Below, piece by piece: positions 25,405-39,522 of a stretch of 64,000 nt of DNA. The translations under genes and the position numbers were made by a program. This DNA comes from Lytechinus pictus. Lineage: Eukaryota. Each line of letters begins with the position of its first letter. Within the stretch, counting starts at the first letter, position 1. The stretch covers positions 21,640,001-21,704,000 of the forward strand of contig NC_087252.1 of the NCBI RefSeq assembly GCF_037042905.1. Direction: 5' to 3'. The notes under the pieces are model-generated. The model was not told the origin of the DNA. It made no database searches and saw nothing but the letters and a program-made list of their open reading frames with translations.

Positions 25405-25667
25405 TATTCCTAAGCGATTTAACAATTACACAATTAATTTGTTATTAAAAATAAAGTTAAAAAAAATGATGAATTAATAAGAATACTAGAAATTGGTAGT
25501 AATAATAATGAATTACTCATATAATGCTAAAGTTGAAAATGTTCCAAGGGCTGCCTGCCTAACTTAACACTAGATTTAGCATTGCTACCCTGATCAGTCA
25601 AGGATCTCAAGAAACAGGTTGGCACTCACGAAGGATCTAGGTCCGATGCAGACAGATGGCCTCCTTG

Positions 25668-27310
25668 GCGATAGGATCATGAACAAACAGTCACCCGCTG
25701 AACTACGCTCTTGACACGGTTGTCCCCAAAGAGCAGAGGTTACGTTTTGAATGTTACCAATGCTTGTTATACTTGATTCATCATGTTCCAGCTTAATCAG
25801 AGATCAGCAATCCGATAAAAGACCATTCTCGAGTACCTCCCAGATGTTCCCAAGTTTTCGGTCAAGAACATATCTTTGAAATTTTGATTATGTGGATTTA
25901 GGAGGTCGCATTCATATGAAAGTCTAGGAAAATGATGCAGAGATGGGGGTTGGTTAAATTGATTTTCTAGTTTTGTTGCACCTTGATCAGGGACAGTATT
26001 GCCTATGTTCAGGAAGCGCTCTTGACACTCTTCTATTTTTGAAGAGCAAGGATTGGATGTTCGTCTTTTGCATTATTTCTGTTTATTCATATTTTTTACA
26101 GATCATTTCTAATAATCTATCTTCTCCAGAGTTTTCAGATGTTCTCATTTTCTTTGATGAAGCACAATAATGCGATAGGATCACGAACAAATAGTCACCC
26201 GCTGAACTACGCTCTTGAGACCGTTGCCCCCTAAGAGCAGAGGTTACGTTTTGAATGTTACCAATACATGTTATGCTTCATTCATCATGTTCCAGCTCGG
26301 TCAGAGATCAGCGACCCGATAAAGAACCCTTCTTGAGGACTTCCCAGATGCTTCCAAGATTTTCTGTCAAGAGCATACATCTCTGAAATTTTGATTATGT
26401 GGATTTAGGAGGTCGCATTCAGATGAAAGTTTAGGTAAATGATGCAGAGATGGGGCTTGTTTTAATTGATTTCCTAGTTGTGATGCAGCTCAATCAGAAA
26501 CAGTGTCGCCTATGTCGAGGAAGCTCTTGACACCCTTTCTATTCTAAAGAGTGGGCTTAGAATGTTCATTTGTATTTTTCCAGTTATTCCCATTTTCAGA
26601 TCATTTCTGATAATCAAACTTCTCGAGAGTTTTCAGATGTTCTCATTTTCTTTAATGGAGCTCAATAATGCGATAGGATCATGAATAAACAGTCACCCGC
26701 TGAACTACGCTCTTGACACCGTTTCATTTGAACGTTACCAATACTTGTTATGCTTCATTCATCATGTTCCAGCTCGGTCAGAGATCAGCAACCTGATAAA
26801 GAACCCTTCTTGAGGACTTCCCAGATGCTTCAAAGTTTTTCTGTCAAGAGCATACATCTCTGAAATTTTGATTATGTGGATTTAGGAGGTTGCATTCAGA
26901 TGCAGGTCTTTGTAAATGATGCAGAGATGGGGCTTGGTTTAATTGATTTCCTAGTTTTTATGAAGCTCAATAATGTGACAGTATCGCCTACATCCAGGAA
27001 GGGCACTTGACACTCTTTCATTGCTGAAGAAGAGTGGGGTTACAATGTTCATATCTTATGCATTATTCCTGTTTATTAATATATTTTACAGATCATTTCT
27101 GATAATCGATCTCGAGAGTTTTCAGATGTTTTATTTTCTTTTACAGAACTCAATAATGCGACAGTATCGCCCATGTCCTGAAAGCGCTCTTGGCACTCTA
27201 GCTCAACTGAAGAGCTGGTTAGCATGTTGGTCTGCGGCATTATCCTTCGTTATTCATATTTTCAGATCATTTCTGATAATCAAACTTCTAAAAGAGATTT
27301 TACAGATGTT
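25668..27310. repeat. Complex tandem repeat, about 500-bp unit x3 plus a partial sub-unit
   Basis: Units start gcgataggatca at 25668, 26172 and 26670, with an extra sub-unit from 27158. Two related sub-units per unit share a gctcttgacac-like motif. Confidence 0.9.
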
Positions 27311-28871
27311 GTCATGTTCTGCGAACAAAAATTCAACATCAAATACATGTAATTGGTTGTAACTTTAAACAAGTTTAAATGCAAATAATGGATGTCTGGC
27401 AACCCAAGGCTGTTAGATTCATCAGAGCTATTAGATACTGCTGGAATGAATTGGTATGGTTGTGTCAAAGCTCAGGATCAGGTTCTTGAAATGTCTGAAG
27501 GGTTGGTGCTTTGCTTGAATCAATTGCCTTCTTTTGATTCTTTTAGGTTAACATGGGCTCTTGACTTATGTCCAAAGAAAGAGCAGTCTTTGGATGTTCT
27601 GTTTTCCAGTTGCAACGCTTTATTCATGCATCCTGGCTCCACCTAGATCCTCCTTGATAACAGGTTGCATCAAAGTCTAAAGAGACCTGCCCTAACCCCT
27701 TGCCTACTGGGATTGGGTGTTCCCTGTATAAGGCCTATGGGAAATACAGAATTCAGTCGTCAACAGGTTATAGTGTTTAGCATTCAAACTTGGAGACTGT
27801 TGGACTTGAACATGTCTTTCCAGGCGACACTGTGACAGCTGGTAAAGTATACCCATAACCATTTGATGTGGGCATCCATACATTGAGTCTCTTTTGATAT
27901 TCATAAAATCATGGAAATGATTTTTCGATTTAGTCTGATTGAATTAATTGGCTTGGTTCTGACTGATAAGACTCATTTCATCAGGGTTTTTTTTGTTGCA
28001 CAATCAATGAATGCTTTTCAATTCTGTAAGGTTCTCAGCCATAATTGGCATACATCCTTAATCTCATAGGGAATTACTGTAGTATAAGGTATCGCTGTCA
28101 TGAGGCAGTGAATATGTTAGTTTGCGAGTGATCTCTGATTTGAAGTCGTCCTTTCTTTTGCGGTCCTCATGAGTGTTATTGAATTTGAAGAAATAAGTAT
28201 TCCATTTATGCCTACTAATCTACCACTCTCTTCCTTGCCATCTGACATCTTCCTCGTTCCTTCTCGCTCTTTTTTCTCTCTGTCTCTCTACCTCTCTGAA
28301 TTGAACAAGAAGCGCAATTATTACAAACCTGTCTAAAAATAAATGAACACTGTATCATTATTATTTTGTATAAAAGTGTTCAGAAAGACAATAATTTAAA
28401 GTAATACAGATCCTGTATATATTTTATTATCTCTCCCTCTTCATATATCAACATTTTTTATCCCGTCATTATTTCAAAATTGTCACTGTATTTTACCAGT
28501 ATCATATAGATGCTGTATACTCTGTGCATATAGTAGAAATCTTTCTATTTTTTTTAAATAGTAACCATCCATCAGTCAAGTTGCATTTTGTTTCAGTAGC
28601 TTGGTACGAGTAGCCAACTAAATGTCAACAGCCACTCGACAGACCCGATATGTTACGCATTCTTCTACGAATATCATGTCATCTTTAATCTCATGGACTT
28701 GTGTCTGAATTGTTTGCATTTGCATAAATTAGCTTCATTTCGCTTGATCTATTTACTTGATCTGTATTTGAAATTAATTGCTATACTGAGTACTCCTGCA
28801 CTGCCTCCCTCTGTATTTTTTTGTATCCATATTGTCTGGTCTGTTATTTATTTCTCTCTCTCACACTCTCT

Positions 28872-29317
28872 GACACCGTTCTCACTACATTTCTAAAACC
28901 AGTTTACTGGAAAATAGTTTAACGTGTAATGAGAATGGTCGAAGCTATCTTGGAAGCGATCTTCCAAACAAGTTCGGAAAACCACCTTACAATGTAGTTT
29001 TCAAAATCGCTATGCCTCGTAAACTGGTTTTAGCGCAAGTGAGGACACAACCGTTCTTCTTGAAGCGATCTTCGCACCGTTTGAGCGTGCTACTCCACAC
29101 GACAGGTGTAGAATGCCTATGCTGCGGTTTCGAATTTCGCGCGAAACGTGTCACCCCACTGAGAACATTTCCATAGCAACAGGATCGCTTTACGTGAAGT
29201 GATTTTGAAAGCCATTTTGGTGTGATCAAGTGGGAACGCCAGCAAAGCGATCTTCCAAACTTTTCCTGAACCGGTTTCTAGTTAACTGGTTTTAGAAAGC
29301 GTAATGAGAACGGTGTC
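28872..29317. mobile_element. Harbinger-like MITE with 3-bp TSD (TCT)
   Basis: gacaccgttctca.tac.tttctaaaaccagtt / aactggttttagaaagcgtaatgagaacggtgtc, with tct on both flanks and repeated aagcgatctt inside. Confidence 0.85.
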
Positions 29318-30464
29318 TCTATTTCTCTATCTTTTATCTCTCTGCTTGTCTGTCTCTCTTCATCCTTTTTCTGTCTCCTTATCACTCTTGTATTTTTTGT
29401 CTTTCTCTCAAATGAATTCTAACATTTGAATATTTTCCTCTCTATTTCTTATGAACTGTCTGTTACTGCTCTCTCTCTCTCTCTCCCCTCCCCATCCCTT
29501 TCTCCAATAGGAGTTTGCATTGTATACTCCCCCCTCCAAGTCTTTTCCTTTCTTCTTGTCTCTCCCTGTCACGTTATCCTATTGTTCTCCTCTCTTCTCC
29601 CTTCGTCTAATTACCCTTCCACTCAACCATATATGTCTTTTTCTTTGTCTTTGTTCTCCATTGACAATCAGACTTCTACTTGCATCTCTTCTTGTGCTTT
29701 AAAATTTATTCAGATTGATGTACTCATGCATAAGTTATCTTTGATTTTTCATCCATCTCCCGATTTCCCGCTTTACCGCTTGCCTTATATCACTTGTTCT
29801 AATTATATCTCTCTCTCTTTCTTTCTCTCTCTCTCTTTCTTTCTCTCTCTCTTTCTAGTTTTCTTTCTCTTTTTCTATATTCAGACTCTCTCCCTCTTAT
29901 TTCCAATCATCCAGCTAGTCTGTGGGCTTAGACCCTGATTGAAACTTTGATCAGCAAGTGTGTCTCCACGCAACGACTAGCACATACAAAACTTGCTGTT
30001 TCAATTCAGAGGGCCTTCAGTACACAATGCATGAGTAGGCTGCAATTCAGACCCTTTACTCGAGTGAAGGGTTTGCATAGCAGACTATCATCCAGCCTTT
30101 ATTGTCTTCATTGTCAGTTATCATATTATACTTTGTTTCTTCTTGCCTCTCCCTTTGTCTAATTATCTCTTCTCTCCACATATGCTATCTTGGTCTCATT
30201 CCTTCCACATTCTATTTCATCTTTCCTTTTCCTCTTTCTCTTCTCACTCTTCCCATCATCCCCTTTCTCATTCTTCTATTGATCATCCTTTTCTCAATCA
30301 TTCCTTTTCTACTCATCCTCCATCCACCCTTCTGTCTCTCACAGTATAATGAGCCTCATTATCAATTCATGTATTACAATTGAGGGATATATTTGATACA
30401 GGTCCTTTCCCCAAGATATTATCAAATATGCATGCATTCTAAATGACTATTTTCACCGGCTTCT

Positions 30465-30722
30465 GGGCCCCGTATTACAAAGAATTACGACTGATCCAAC
30501 CAATCTTGACTGTATGGAAATCCATCTATACCATAATTTTTTTAATTTGCTCAATTTCCTTTGAGAGAATCACCTTGAATATTCAAGAGAATGATGAATG
30601 TATGAATATACATCATATCTAGAAAATATTTTGAATATACATGCAGTTTAGATTTTGACGTTGCTGGCTTTCCATCGTTAAAATTGACCAGGTCAATCGC
30701 AATGCTTTGTAAGGCGCGGCCC
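30465..30722. mobile_element. PIF/Harbinger-like MITE (copy 2 of the 10117 family, more diverged)
   Basis: gggccccgtattacaaag...ctttgtaaggcgcggccc, colinear with 10117-10389. Confidence 0.8.
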
Positions 30723-30868
30723 TGATGTTAACCAGCCGAGTTTTGTAATGTTCACCATACATCCTGTCTTGAACCTTTCAAATAAAATTGCGATCTATTC
30801 TATTTCTCAATTTCTTTAGAATCAACAGGTTGATGAAGAATGGATAATAGGAGATTCTGTTTGGTATA

Positions 30869-31015
30869 CACTCTAATAATGGAAGGGTACTAAAAAGGGG
30901 GTAAAGTCATCCCTTAAAAGGGCAGAGAAATGACCGGGTTTTTAAGAAGGGTGGAAAACGATGTCCCTCCATGGCCCTTTTCCAACCATTTTCATGCTTT
31001 GAGATTTTAGAGGTA
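30869..31015. mobile_element. Decayed CACT-type MITE
   Basis: ta|cactctaa ... ttttagag, with internal aaggg/ccctt inverted motifs. Confidence 0.45.
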
Positions 31016-31772
31016 TTTAAGGTGCAATAGTGAGATAGAATGCCTTAATAATATCTGCAAAAGCTTTTTTTAACTAGTGTTTTTCTTCCAGTTGAATGAA
31101 GCAGTTGAATGGACAGTGAAATTAATGAAGAATTCAATCTTTGAATTGAATTAAATTTATTTATTCATTCAGTTTAGGTGAAAAAAAATGATGGGTACAT
31201 CATACATACATTGAAGAATGGATGAGAGACTTTTTGTATTTTGCATTTAAGTAGGGTTGGCCTTTGCTATGAAGATAAACCCAAGAAGGTCTGGACGTTG
31301 GATGTCATTGGGGGGTCAGTCTTTGCGAAAGACGATCAAGCCGTATCGCATCACACCTTACGTCAGCACCTGAGCTTAACGTATAAGTCCGGTAAACGGA
31401 TCGCTTTCCATAACCCCTCGCAGAGAATCAATGCCGTGTATGAATATTTGATGACAGAAAACCAATACAATCATCTTATTCCCATTTCCCTCCCTCTCTC
31501 TCTGGGTTTTGCGTGCAAACATGAGACGACGGTGCGCGGGACACCGCATATTGCATGTAGGAATGTGAGTAACCAGTGGCGAAATATATGCACATTTTGG
31601 ACTGGATCAATTTGAGTATTTTCCTGTGATGAATGGTGTTTTCAAAATAATGTTATGTGAATTTTCTCTGATAAAATTTCATGATCAGAAGATCCTTAGT
31701 ATTGTCGATGATTGCTATTTATGCCGCTTGCTCTATTGTGGTTTCTTGCATTCGATACATTTTCTAAACATA

Positions 31773-32293
31773 GGCTGCGTTTATCCGACCTCAAGCCAGA
31801 ATCGTGATTTGAATCATGATTGGAATCATGATTCAAATCACAAACATGAATCACAATTACTACAGAATCAGGGTTTAGACGACCTTCGTTCCAACGCTGT
31901 TTCTCCTCGGATTCGGACCGATCCAGTGCGCATCACAGTGCGCAGTTTGACCCAGGAAGTATAGGTCAACGTTGGACACTTAATTAGAGGTCGGCGACGT
32001 ACATGTGATGTGACAACGTGGGGCGCGCGCCTTGGCAAGAACCGGAAATAGCTCGACACAATGACGTCATATAATCATGATTCAAATCACGATATCGTTT
32101 ATCCGAACATTTTCGTACGTGATTCTGCAGAAACGTCTTTCCAAACGCCCTTTTTTTCGTAGTTCATGTTTGTGATTCTAATCATGATTATATTCAATTT
32201 CGACTAAACGCAATCGTGATTCTGCAGAATCGTGATTTGAATCATGATTGGAATCATGATTATAGGGTAAAAAAGTGGCGGATAAACGCACCC
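31773..32293. mobile_element. MITE with 15-bp TIR and many aatcatgatt palindromes
   Basis: ta|ggctgcgtttatccg ... cggataaacgcaccc|ta, with repeated gaatcatgatt units near both ends. Confidence 0.85.
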
Positions 32294-32341
32294 TAGGATG
32301 GCAAGGATCATGCATTCTGGGGGTATTAGGATTTTAATTTC

Positions 32342-32634
32342 CTTTGGAATAAGCTACCATCTTACATTCATAATGCCAAGTCTGTGAATCAGTTCAAAAC
32401 CCTACTCGAAACCTACCTGTTTAATAGATGATTCACAGTTGTGGGTCGGTCAATTGGAGGTGCACACCAGTTTTGATTTTTGATTATTAGTATAGTTGTA
32501 TTACCTGTTTCATTATCCCCTGCCACTTTTTTTCTTTCTTTCTTTAACCCGAGTACAAACCATAAACAGAACACAGTGCGCTTAGAAACACCAGTAGTAA
32601 GCGCTTTATAAATGTTATGTATTATTATTATTAG
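32342..32634 (+). mobile_element. 3' end of an L2-clade LINE (ORF2 C-terminus, 3'UTR and tail)
   Basis: 32342-32431 reads LWNKLPSYIHNAKSVNQFKTLLETYLFNR*, the LWNxLP...FKxxLKTYLF C-terminal motif of L2/CR1-group ORF2. The tail is gcgcttagaaacaccagtagtaagcgctttataaat...(att)n. Confidence 0.85.
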
Positions 32635-34645
32635 TATATCATGGAACAAATAAACATTGGGTTTTGCAATGGGATATGCATATAGGTCTGGGATAGGGGG
32701 GGGGGGAGTGATGATTGCATAATGCATATACAAAAGAAGTGTGGAATTAAGTGTTATTTGCTTCTTTGAAGAAATTAAGGTTGACAAAGTTTGAGGCAAA
32801 ATTTTGACATTCTTTCATCGATGTTCCTTTACATTTTCCTTCTTTTTCTCGATTGTGAACTTTTTTAGGGGTCCATGGCTCAACCCCCCCCCCCCCTCTG
32901 TACGAAGTTGGGGGAGGGGAGGGGGACGATGATGCCAACAATGGGAAATGAATAAGAGACATAAGGGTAGAAGAGAAAGAAAGAATGACATAATTATGTG
33001 CTTAACAGTTTCAACAAGAGAGAAAGAGATAGAGGGGGGGGGGGTGTGGGCAGATTGAATAAGAGCAAAGGCCACATGAGGAGCAAGGGGGGGGGGGGGG
33101 TTAGAGTTTGACCTGTTGGTACGTTTCCTCCCTCGGTACAACATCTCAATCAACTACAAGACAATATACACACCTGCAGATGGAAATTCCTCTACTTCAA
33201 ACAACCCTCCTGAAATAAGAGAGGAGAAGAAAAATGAAGCAATAAGATGGGGAAAACCTCCTAATAAAACAAATCAATAATATGAGTCATTTCACCCCCT
33301 TTGGAATCTGGCTTAAAGATATAGCTTGACAATTACCCATTCATACATGCGATGCCTGGGAGTAAAAGAGGGCTAAGAAAAAGGAGAGAAATCGTTGGCG
33401 ATTGGGAATTCTTTCGGGTGCCGATGTAGACCTTCGGTTGTAGTCTGGGGTACCTGTTTATATTCATTACATAAAGATAGTAAGAGAGAATGAGATTGAG
33501 ATGGAACATCTTTATAGGCCTATTTGTTAAGTAAGGGAAAGAGAGAGAGAGAGAGAGGGGGGAAGATAGGGGGGGTGCATCCCTTCAGAAAAAAGAAAAA
33601 ATGGAGGGGGGGAGAAGATATATGTATGAGAAATGGACTGGAAAATATTGAAAGAGAGGGAGAGGTATTGATGTCTTTAAAAACACTTGATCATTTTTTG
33701 TTGTTGAGGATCACTTACGCAGCGTTATTCATCTAGAGGTTCACCAACTTTTCAGTCTTTTTAGAAACGAGACAAAGTGATGTTGAAGGGGGTATGTAAA
33801 AATGATTTGAGTAGAGAGATAGAGAGAGAGAGAGAGGAGATTGGAAAGAGAGTTTGCTTTAGTAATATAGACGTGTTTGCTCCGGATTCTCCTCGAATCC
33901 GGTTTAGGCCGTTAGAGCGCAGTAAACGGCCGCCCCGCCACCAGTGGAGAGATCCCTCCTTGGGTTTCACGTGTTAACTAATGTTTCAATAACAGGCGTA
34001 GATGCGTTTCGGGGTTTGAGTGGTTGATCGCCGGGGGCAACGCAAGGCGATCCCCATCCCCGCACCGTCGTGGCTTGCCGGTCTCCGATGACATCCACTT
34101 GCATTCCACAACTCTGGGGCAGCATTACCGTGGCGACCAAAAGATGAAATCACAAATTCCACACTCTTTCTCTCAAAATATAGGCTTCTCTTTTTCCTCC
34201 TGCACAACAAGTAAGATTCCCTCATGTTAATCCTTTCAAAATATTCACTAATGAAACATCCTGTGCTTGGAGAGTTTTCGTGTTTCACATAGTTTTTACT
34301 GCATGAATGTTTACCCCAGTTGTCTGGGATTTCTGTCACCTATCACTTTTCATTCCATGTCTTGTTTTCTACATTCCATAGTACATTGCATTGCAACAAG
34401 TGGTGTGATGCACATGCAATAAAATGGCACATTTTTTAGGAAAGACTGCAATTTTTTTGTATGATGTTTGAGTTTTTGGGTATGTTCTTTTTCATGGAGT
34501 GTGCTAACAGGGGACAGTGAATTGAATTAACTGCATCTGTTTCAACACATATTTTGCTTTCAAGAACAGAAACAGAATTCAGCAGCTGGCTAAAAAACTG
34601 AGGTTGAAAAGCTGTGAGGGTTACCGCTTTGGGGGCTGTCCATTA

Positions 34646-35105
34646 TGCGGTCACTCTGTTTACCAGGTCCCTCGGAGAGGACCTTAAGCTGTCGGTCCTC
34701 TGGTTGCTTGGTTACAAGCATTCATGCCTTCTTGGCAATCAGGTAAAAAAATCACCACCATTTACCAGTTGGCAACCAGTTCCATTGTGATGTAGATGAT
34801 ATGCATTGTGCTATGTAGATTACACGTACATCATTCTGGCCGACCCTTCTTCGTATTCGCTTCAATAAAAAAAACTGCAATATTGAAGCAACGTCTGGTA
34901 TACTGAGGGTTTGTGAACCAGCTTATTGGAAAGTGCTTTACCGACGTGCATTGGTATTGTTTCCGTAATATTCCAATTTCATTGATCAGGGTAAAGCCAT
35001 GGTCGCCAATACCTTTACGATCGCCGTACGAACGATTTTTATACATAGCAATAAATGGTATGAAGTCATTCATACCGTGTCGGTAAAGTATTTGTGACCG
35101 CAGCA
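34646..35105. mobile_element. Harbinger-like MITE with TTA TSD
   Basis: tta|tgcggtcac ... gtgaccgcagca|tta. Confidence 0.65.
34667..34760 (+). mobile_element. 5'-truncated SINE fragment nested in the MITE, 8-bp TSD
   Basis: TTTACCAG at 34659-34666 and 34761-34768. The insert gtccctcggagaggaccttaagctgtcggtcc (Nin/Deu-domain-like from memory) ends in a (cac)n tail. Confidence 0.75.
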
Positions 35106-35479
35106 TTAGAGAGAGAGGGAGAGAGTGACAGGGCGTTGAGTGTATCTCTTAACTTTGTTAGCAATTTCATCAGTGACAAGCAAGGTGGATGCCTCTCTTC
35201 CGTAATCTACTTACAAGTTCAGTAACCTACATCCTAAGACATTACTGGCTGAAATATACTCGGAACAGGTTGATGAAAGCTACAATGGATTTGGATCTAG
35301 TATGTCCATTGGAGACACCTTGCAAAAAACATATACTTATAGATGATGAAAATTGAACTGTTAAAACAGACTTGTTGTAAATGGAATTATTTTATTAAAT
35401 TTTGTAAAATGGTCAGTTCAATTGGCTAAGAGCAAATTTATATTACTTAGAATTTTGTAGAACTGGTTCAGTTCTAAAT

Positions 35480-36260
35480 TTTGTATTCCATTTTCTTCCA
35501 TCCCTTCCACTCATCCTTCATTTTCTCATTCCTCCACCATTCAAAATATATCTATCCTTCATTTTGCAATTCCTAAATCATTCAAAACCTTATCTATCAT
35601 TCTTTTTTTTTCTCAGAATCCTGAAGTACTTAATTTGGTTCAGTTCTTCTTTACTACTTATTCCTTTCTCCCTTCTATTCCATTCTGTCCCATTCATTTC
35701 ACTAACCCTTTTTTATTTCCTGAATAGATCAAATCCCTTATCTACCTTTCTTTTTCCCAGAATCTTGAAGTGCTGAGGTCTGTTCAGTTCTTCTTTGTTA
35801 CTTATTCATTTCTCCCTTCTATTTTTTTCTTTCCTCAATAGTTCAAACCCCTCATCTACCTTCTTTTCCCAGAATTCTGAATTGCTTACTTATTCCTTCG
35901 TCCCTTCTATTCCTTTAACTAATCCTTTTTCATTAGTCATTTGAATCCCCTCTCCATTTTCCTATCTTAGATTCTTGAAGTACTAATGTTGTTTCACTTC
36001 TTCTTTTAATCATTTCTCCATTGTTTTTCTCTTCCATTTTTTCACTAATACTCAATTCTTCATTGATCTTCAAAATCCCATGTATATCTATTTATTGCCT
36101 CAGAGTCAGAACATTGAAGTTCTGAAACCAGTTCTGTTCTTCATAACTACTTATTCATTTCTTTTGCATTCCTTTCTCTTTTAGTCCTTTCTCTTTGATT
36201 CCTTCTGCTCATCCTTCTTTTCTCATTAATCGTTCAAATCCCCTCTCTATCCCTATTTTG
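35480..36260. repeat. Old CT-rich tandem repeat, about 5 diverged copies (100-145 bp period)
   Basis: Recurring ttcaaa.ccc...tcta...cagaatc.tgaagt.ct...ttcagttcttc...acttattc. Confidence 0.7.
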
Positions 36261-37180
36261 CTCGTTATTGACGCTCTTGTCCAGTCCGACCCTTCAGTTG
36301 GCGACACCGTGAAGTACCGTGTCTGAAGCGTCGCGTCCTGTGGCGATTTCTCAAGGAGCGTATCCCTCCGCGATACACCAGGAACAAATATAAGGCGTAA
36401 CCAACACCCCTATCGCATTAACAGGTAGCAAGACCTGTGGTTTGTATGAGAGAGAAATAGAGGGGGTGGGGAGGGGGGGAGGAAAGAGAATGGCACTGCG
36501 AGGCATAGAGGGAGACATGTAATGCAACAGACAAAGTGTATAAAAAGGGAGAGGAGGAAATAGAGAACTGGAGGGAGAGAGAGAAGGGGGTGCACAGGCA
36601 ATTGAGAAAACGTGGGAGGGAAGACATTTGAGAGACATAGTCATCATGCCTTTTGTGAGGCATGAATCATGTTGCCAGTAAGGGGGACAGATATTAAGAG
36701 AATGTGAGAAAAAAAATAGCAGTGAGAAATAAAGGCAAAAGACAAAAGGGGAGAAAGATAGAAGGTTTCAAAGAAAGAAAAAAAAATGTGTCGAATAAGG
36801 TTTAGGGCCAGTCTGTTTGGGGCGATATTACATTTTTGTCTGATATTAAACTTTTAGAATTGGAAATATGACTGAATTAGCGGCGCACAAAAGAACAAGA
36901 AAGGTAAAGTAAAATATGAATTGAGAGAGTAGTGCGAGAGGGGGTGTTCCATTGTACTGCAGTGTTGCTGGAGATGGGGGAGGCAACACTATTAGTATAA
37001 GGAAGAAAGTTTGTAAGAATTTTATATATCCCAAAATTTTAGTAAGTATAGAACAAAATATATGAGCTGCATTCAGGCAAAATATTGACTAATTTCACGA
37101 GTAAACTGTATGCATAACAAGTTGATGTGCAGTCTCTATGATCTTGTGGATAATAGGTGAATTGGCCTAGCTAGTGTTTG

Positions 37181-37195
37181 CCACCAGGGGGCAGC
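37181..37195 (+). promoter_or_regulatory. CTCF consensus motif
   Basis: CCACCAGGGGGCAGC is a full match to the core CCASYAGRKGGCRS. Confidence 0.6.
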
Positions 37196-37261
37196 AGATA
37201 CCCATTTGGGATGGATGACTGTGGCATCCCTTTGGAGGAACAGGTGGGAGAAGTAGTGTCT

Positions 37262-37389
37262 GTGATGGTGGTGGCGGAGATGGTGGTAGTGGTGGTGGTG
37301 GTGATGATGATTATGGTGATGATGGTGATGATGATGATGGAGATGATGGAGATAATGATGGTGATGATGATGGTGATGTGATGATGGTG

Positions 37390-37442
<53 letters not shown>

Positions 37443-37464
37443 GATGATGGTGATTATGATGATG

Positions 37465-37496
<32 letters not shown>

Positions 37497-37614
37497 GGTG
37501 ATGATGATGATGGTGATTATGATGATGGTGATGATGATGATGATGGTGATAATGATGGTGATAATGATGGTGATGATGATGGTGATGTGATGATGGTGAT
37601 GATGATGATGGTGG

Positions 37615-37645
<31 letters not shown>

Positions 37646-37730
37646 GGTGGTGATGATGATGATGGTGATGATGGTGATGATGATGATGATGGTGATGATG
37701 ATGGTGATGATGATGGTGATGTGATGATGG

Positions 37731-37761
<31 letters not shown>

Positions 37762-37960
37762 GGTGGTGATGATGATGATGATGATGATGGTGATGATGGT
37801 GATGATGGTGATGATGATGATGATGATGATGGTGGTGATGATGATGATGATGGTGATGATGGTGATGATGGTGATGATGATGATGATTATAATGGTGGTT
37901 GTGGTAATGATGATGTTGGTCATGTTGGGAGTGATGGTGATGGTGGCGGTTGTGATGTTG
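37262..37960. repeat. (GAT/GGT)n trinucleotide array, about 700 bp
   Basis: Continuous gat/ggt triplets; the source of the poly-M/H/I/S ORFs. Confidence 0.97.
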
Positions 37961-39109
37961 GGCAACCTTATACACCTTCTTGTAGATAATGTAATGCATA
38001 CAAGTTTTTCACAAATACAAATTTTCAGGCACTATAGATTCAAACACCAAGAGATTAGATTCAATTGTAGTCGTTTTTTTTTCAATCGTTATATATCTAT
38101 AATGCACAATAATCAATTTTGGGTAAACTATATGAAATTCAGACTGTCAGAAAGCAAATACACGCCTGTCATGTTAGGAAATCCACTGGCAGTGTAGTAT
38201 TTATCATAGCAAGAACATAGCACATCGAACAGAACATTACGGGAAGCAATCTCACACTTTGCCACTATCTACATTGGTAAATGTAATGCATCCAGATTTA
38301 CAGAAACCACATAATGGAATGCATGGGCAAGGCTTGGGGGAAAGAGTACATTTCTGCATTCCGAAGCCCTCCTGGCATTGATAGGGTTAAGTAGAAAGTA
38401 ACCACAAACCTATATAGCATGCCTGCATTTTCTAACCCATGTAATTGACATACAATGTGGATTTCACATGGTGTTGGAAAAAAAGAAGAGAGTTTTTGTA
38501 ATGAAGGATATTACACCCTGTGCATGCCTTTGGGCGGTGAAATCTACACTTTATGCTAAAATCGATAGGTCTGTTCACACTTTGTGTTTGTAATCCCATT
38601 GGTTAAGGATATTGTAAGATACCCGGTAATGTGTTCAGGCTAGCTCTAAAGCTACATGTGAATCATGTAGCTTTAGGATGGGTAGTATATCCAGTCTAAT
38701 TTTTGGGGGAGAAATTTCTAATTTTTAATTTATTTAACAATGTACAGAAAAGGATGTTGGTGAAATGTGTGGTTGAAACGTATAATTAGAAATAATAATA
38801 TTCCAAAACAGGAAATAAAAAATAACAATATACACTGCAATACAACTGTCAAATGTATGTTATATATTGAAAGCTATACATAAGTGTTATAGCTTTAAAT
38901 CGATTTCAGCCTAGATAGATTTGTTTGAATATGTTTTTTTGTGTGTGAACCTGTCAGTAAGTTTCTTTTAAAAAAATTGTACCAAAATGTGTTTGAGTAA
39001 AGACTTTACACTTGCCCAATACTAATACTACACAAGCTTTTCACCATTGCCGTCTGGATTCATTCAAATGCTGTAAAAGATGATGGATGCCCCATTTTCA
39101 TATCTCTAA

Positions 39110-39522
39110 AGGCGACCTCACACCTTACGATTGGTATGCGACCCGATTTCAGAAAAAGTGTAGTAGAATTTGATGCTAACATTGAGACTTGGAATATCTT
39201 ACTGTGTAATGTTCTAAATCATCGTACGAATACCTATGATCAAATCTGTGACTATGCTATCATCCTTCTTAGAATAAAAGCGAATTTAATATCTAGTCGT
39301 AATGACGTCATAGCAGTCGTACGATTGGCTACGATTTTAAACTAATTTGGCCTTTACTCCGAAATAAAGGCTTGCAATCTTTTTAAATGGTTATATTAGT
39401 ATTCTTTCAATTAATTCAAACCTCAAATACAATGATATGTTCCATTCACATTTTCAGAAATGAGCAAAATGCGATTTGTTCCAAAATCGGATCGCGAACA
39501 GTCGTAAGGTGTGCGGTGGCCT
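39110..39522. mobile_element. Harbinger-like MITE with TAA TSD
   Basis: taa|aggcgacctcacaccttacga ... tcgtaaggtgtgcggtggcct|taa. Confidence 0.85.

Noticed and set aside
37171..38197. Poly-His/Ile/Met/Ser ORFs
   Set aside because: Translations of the (GAT/GGT)n microsatellite.
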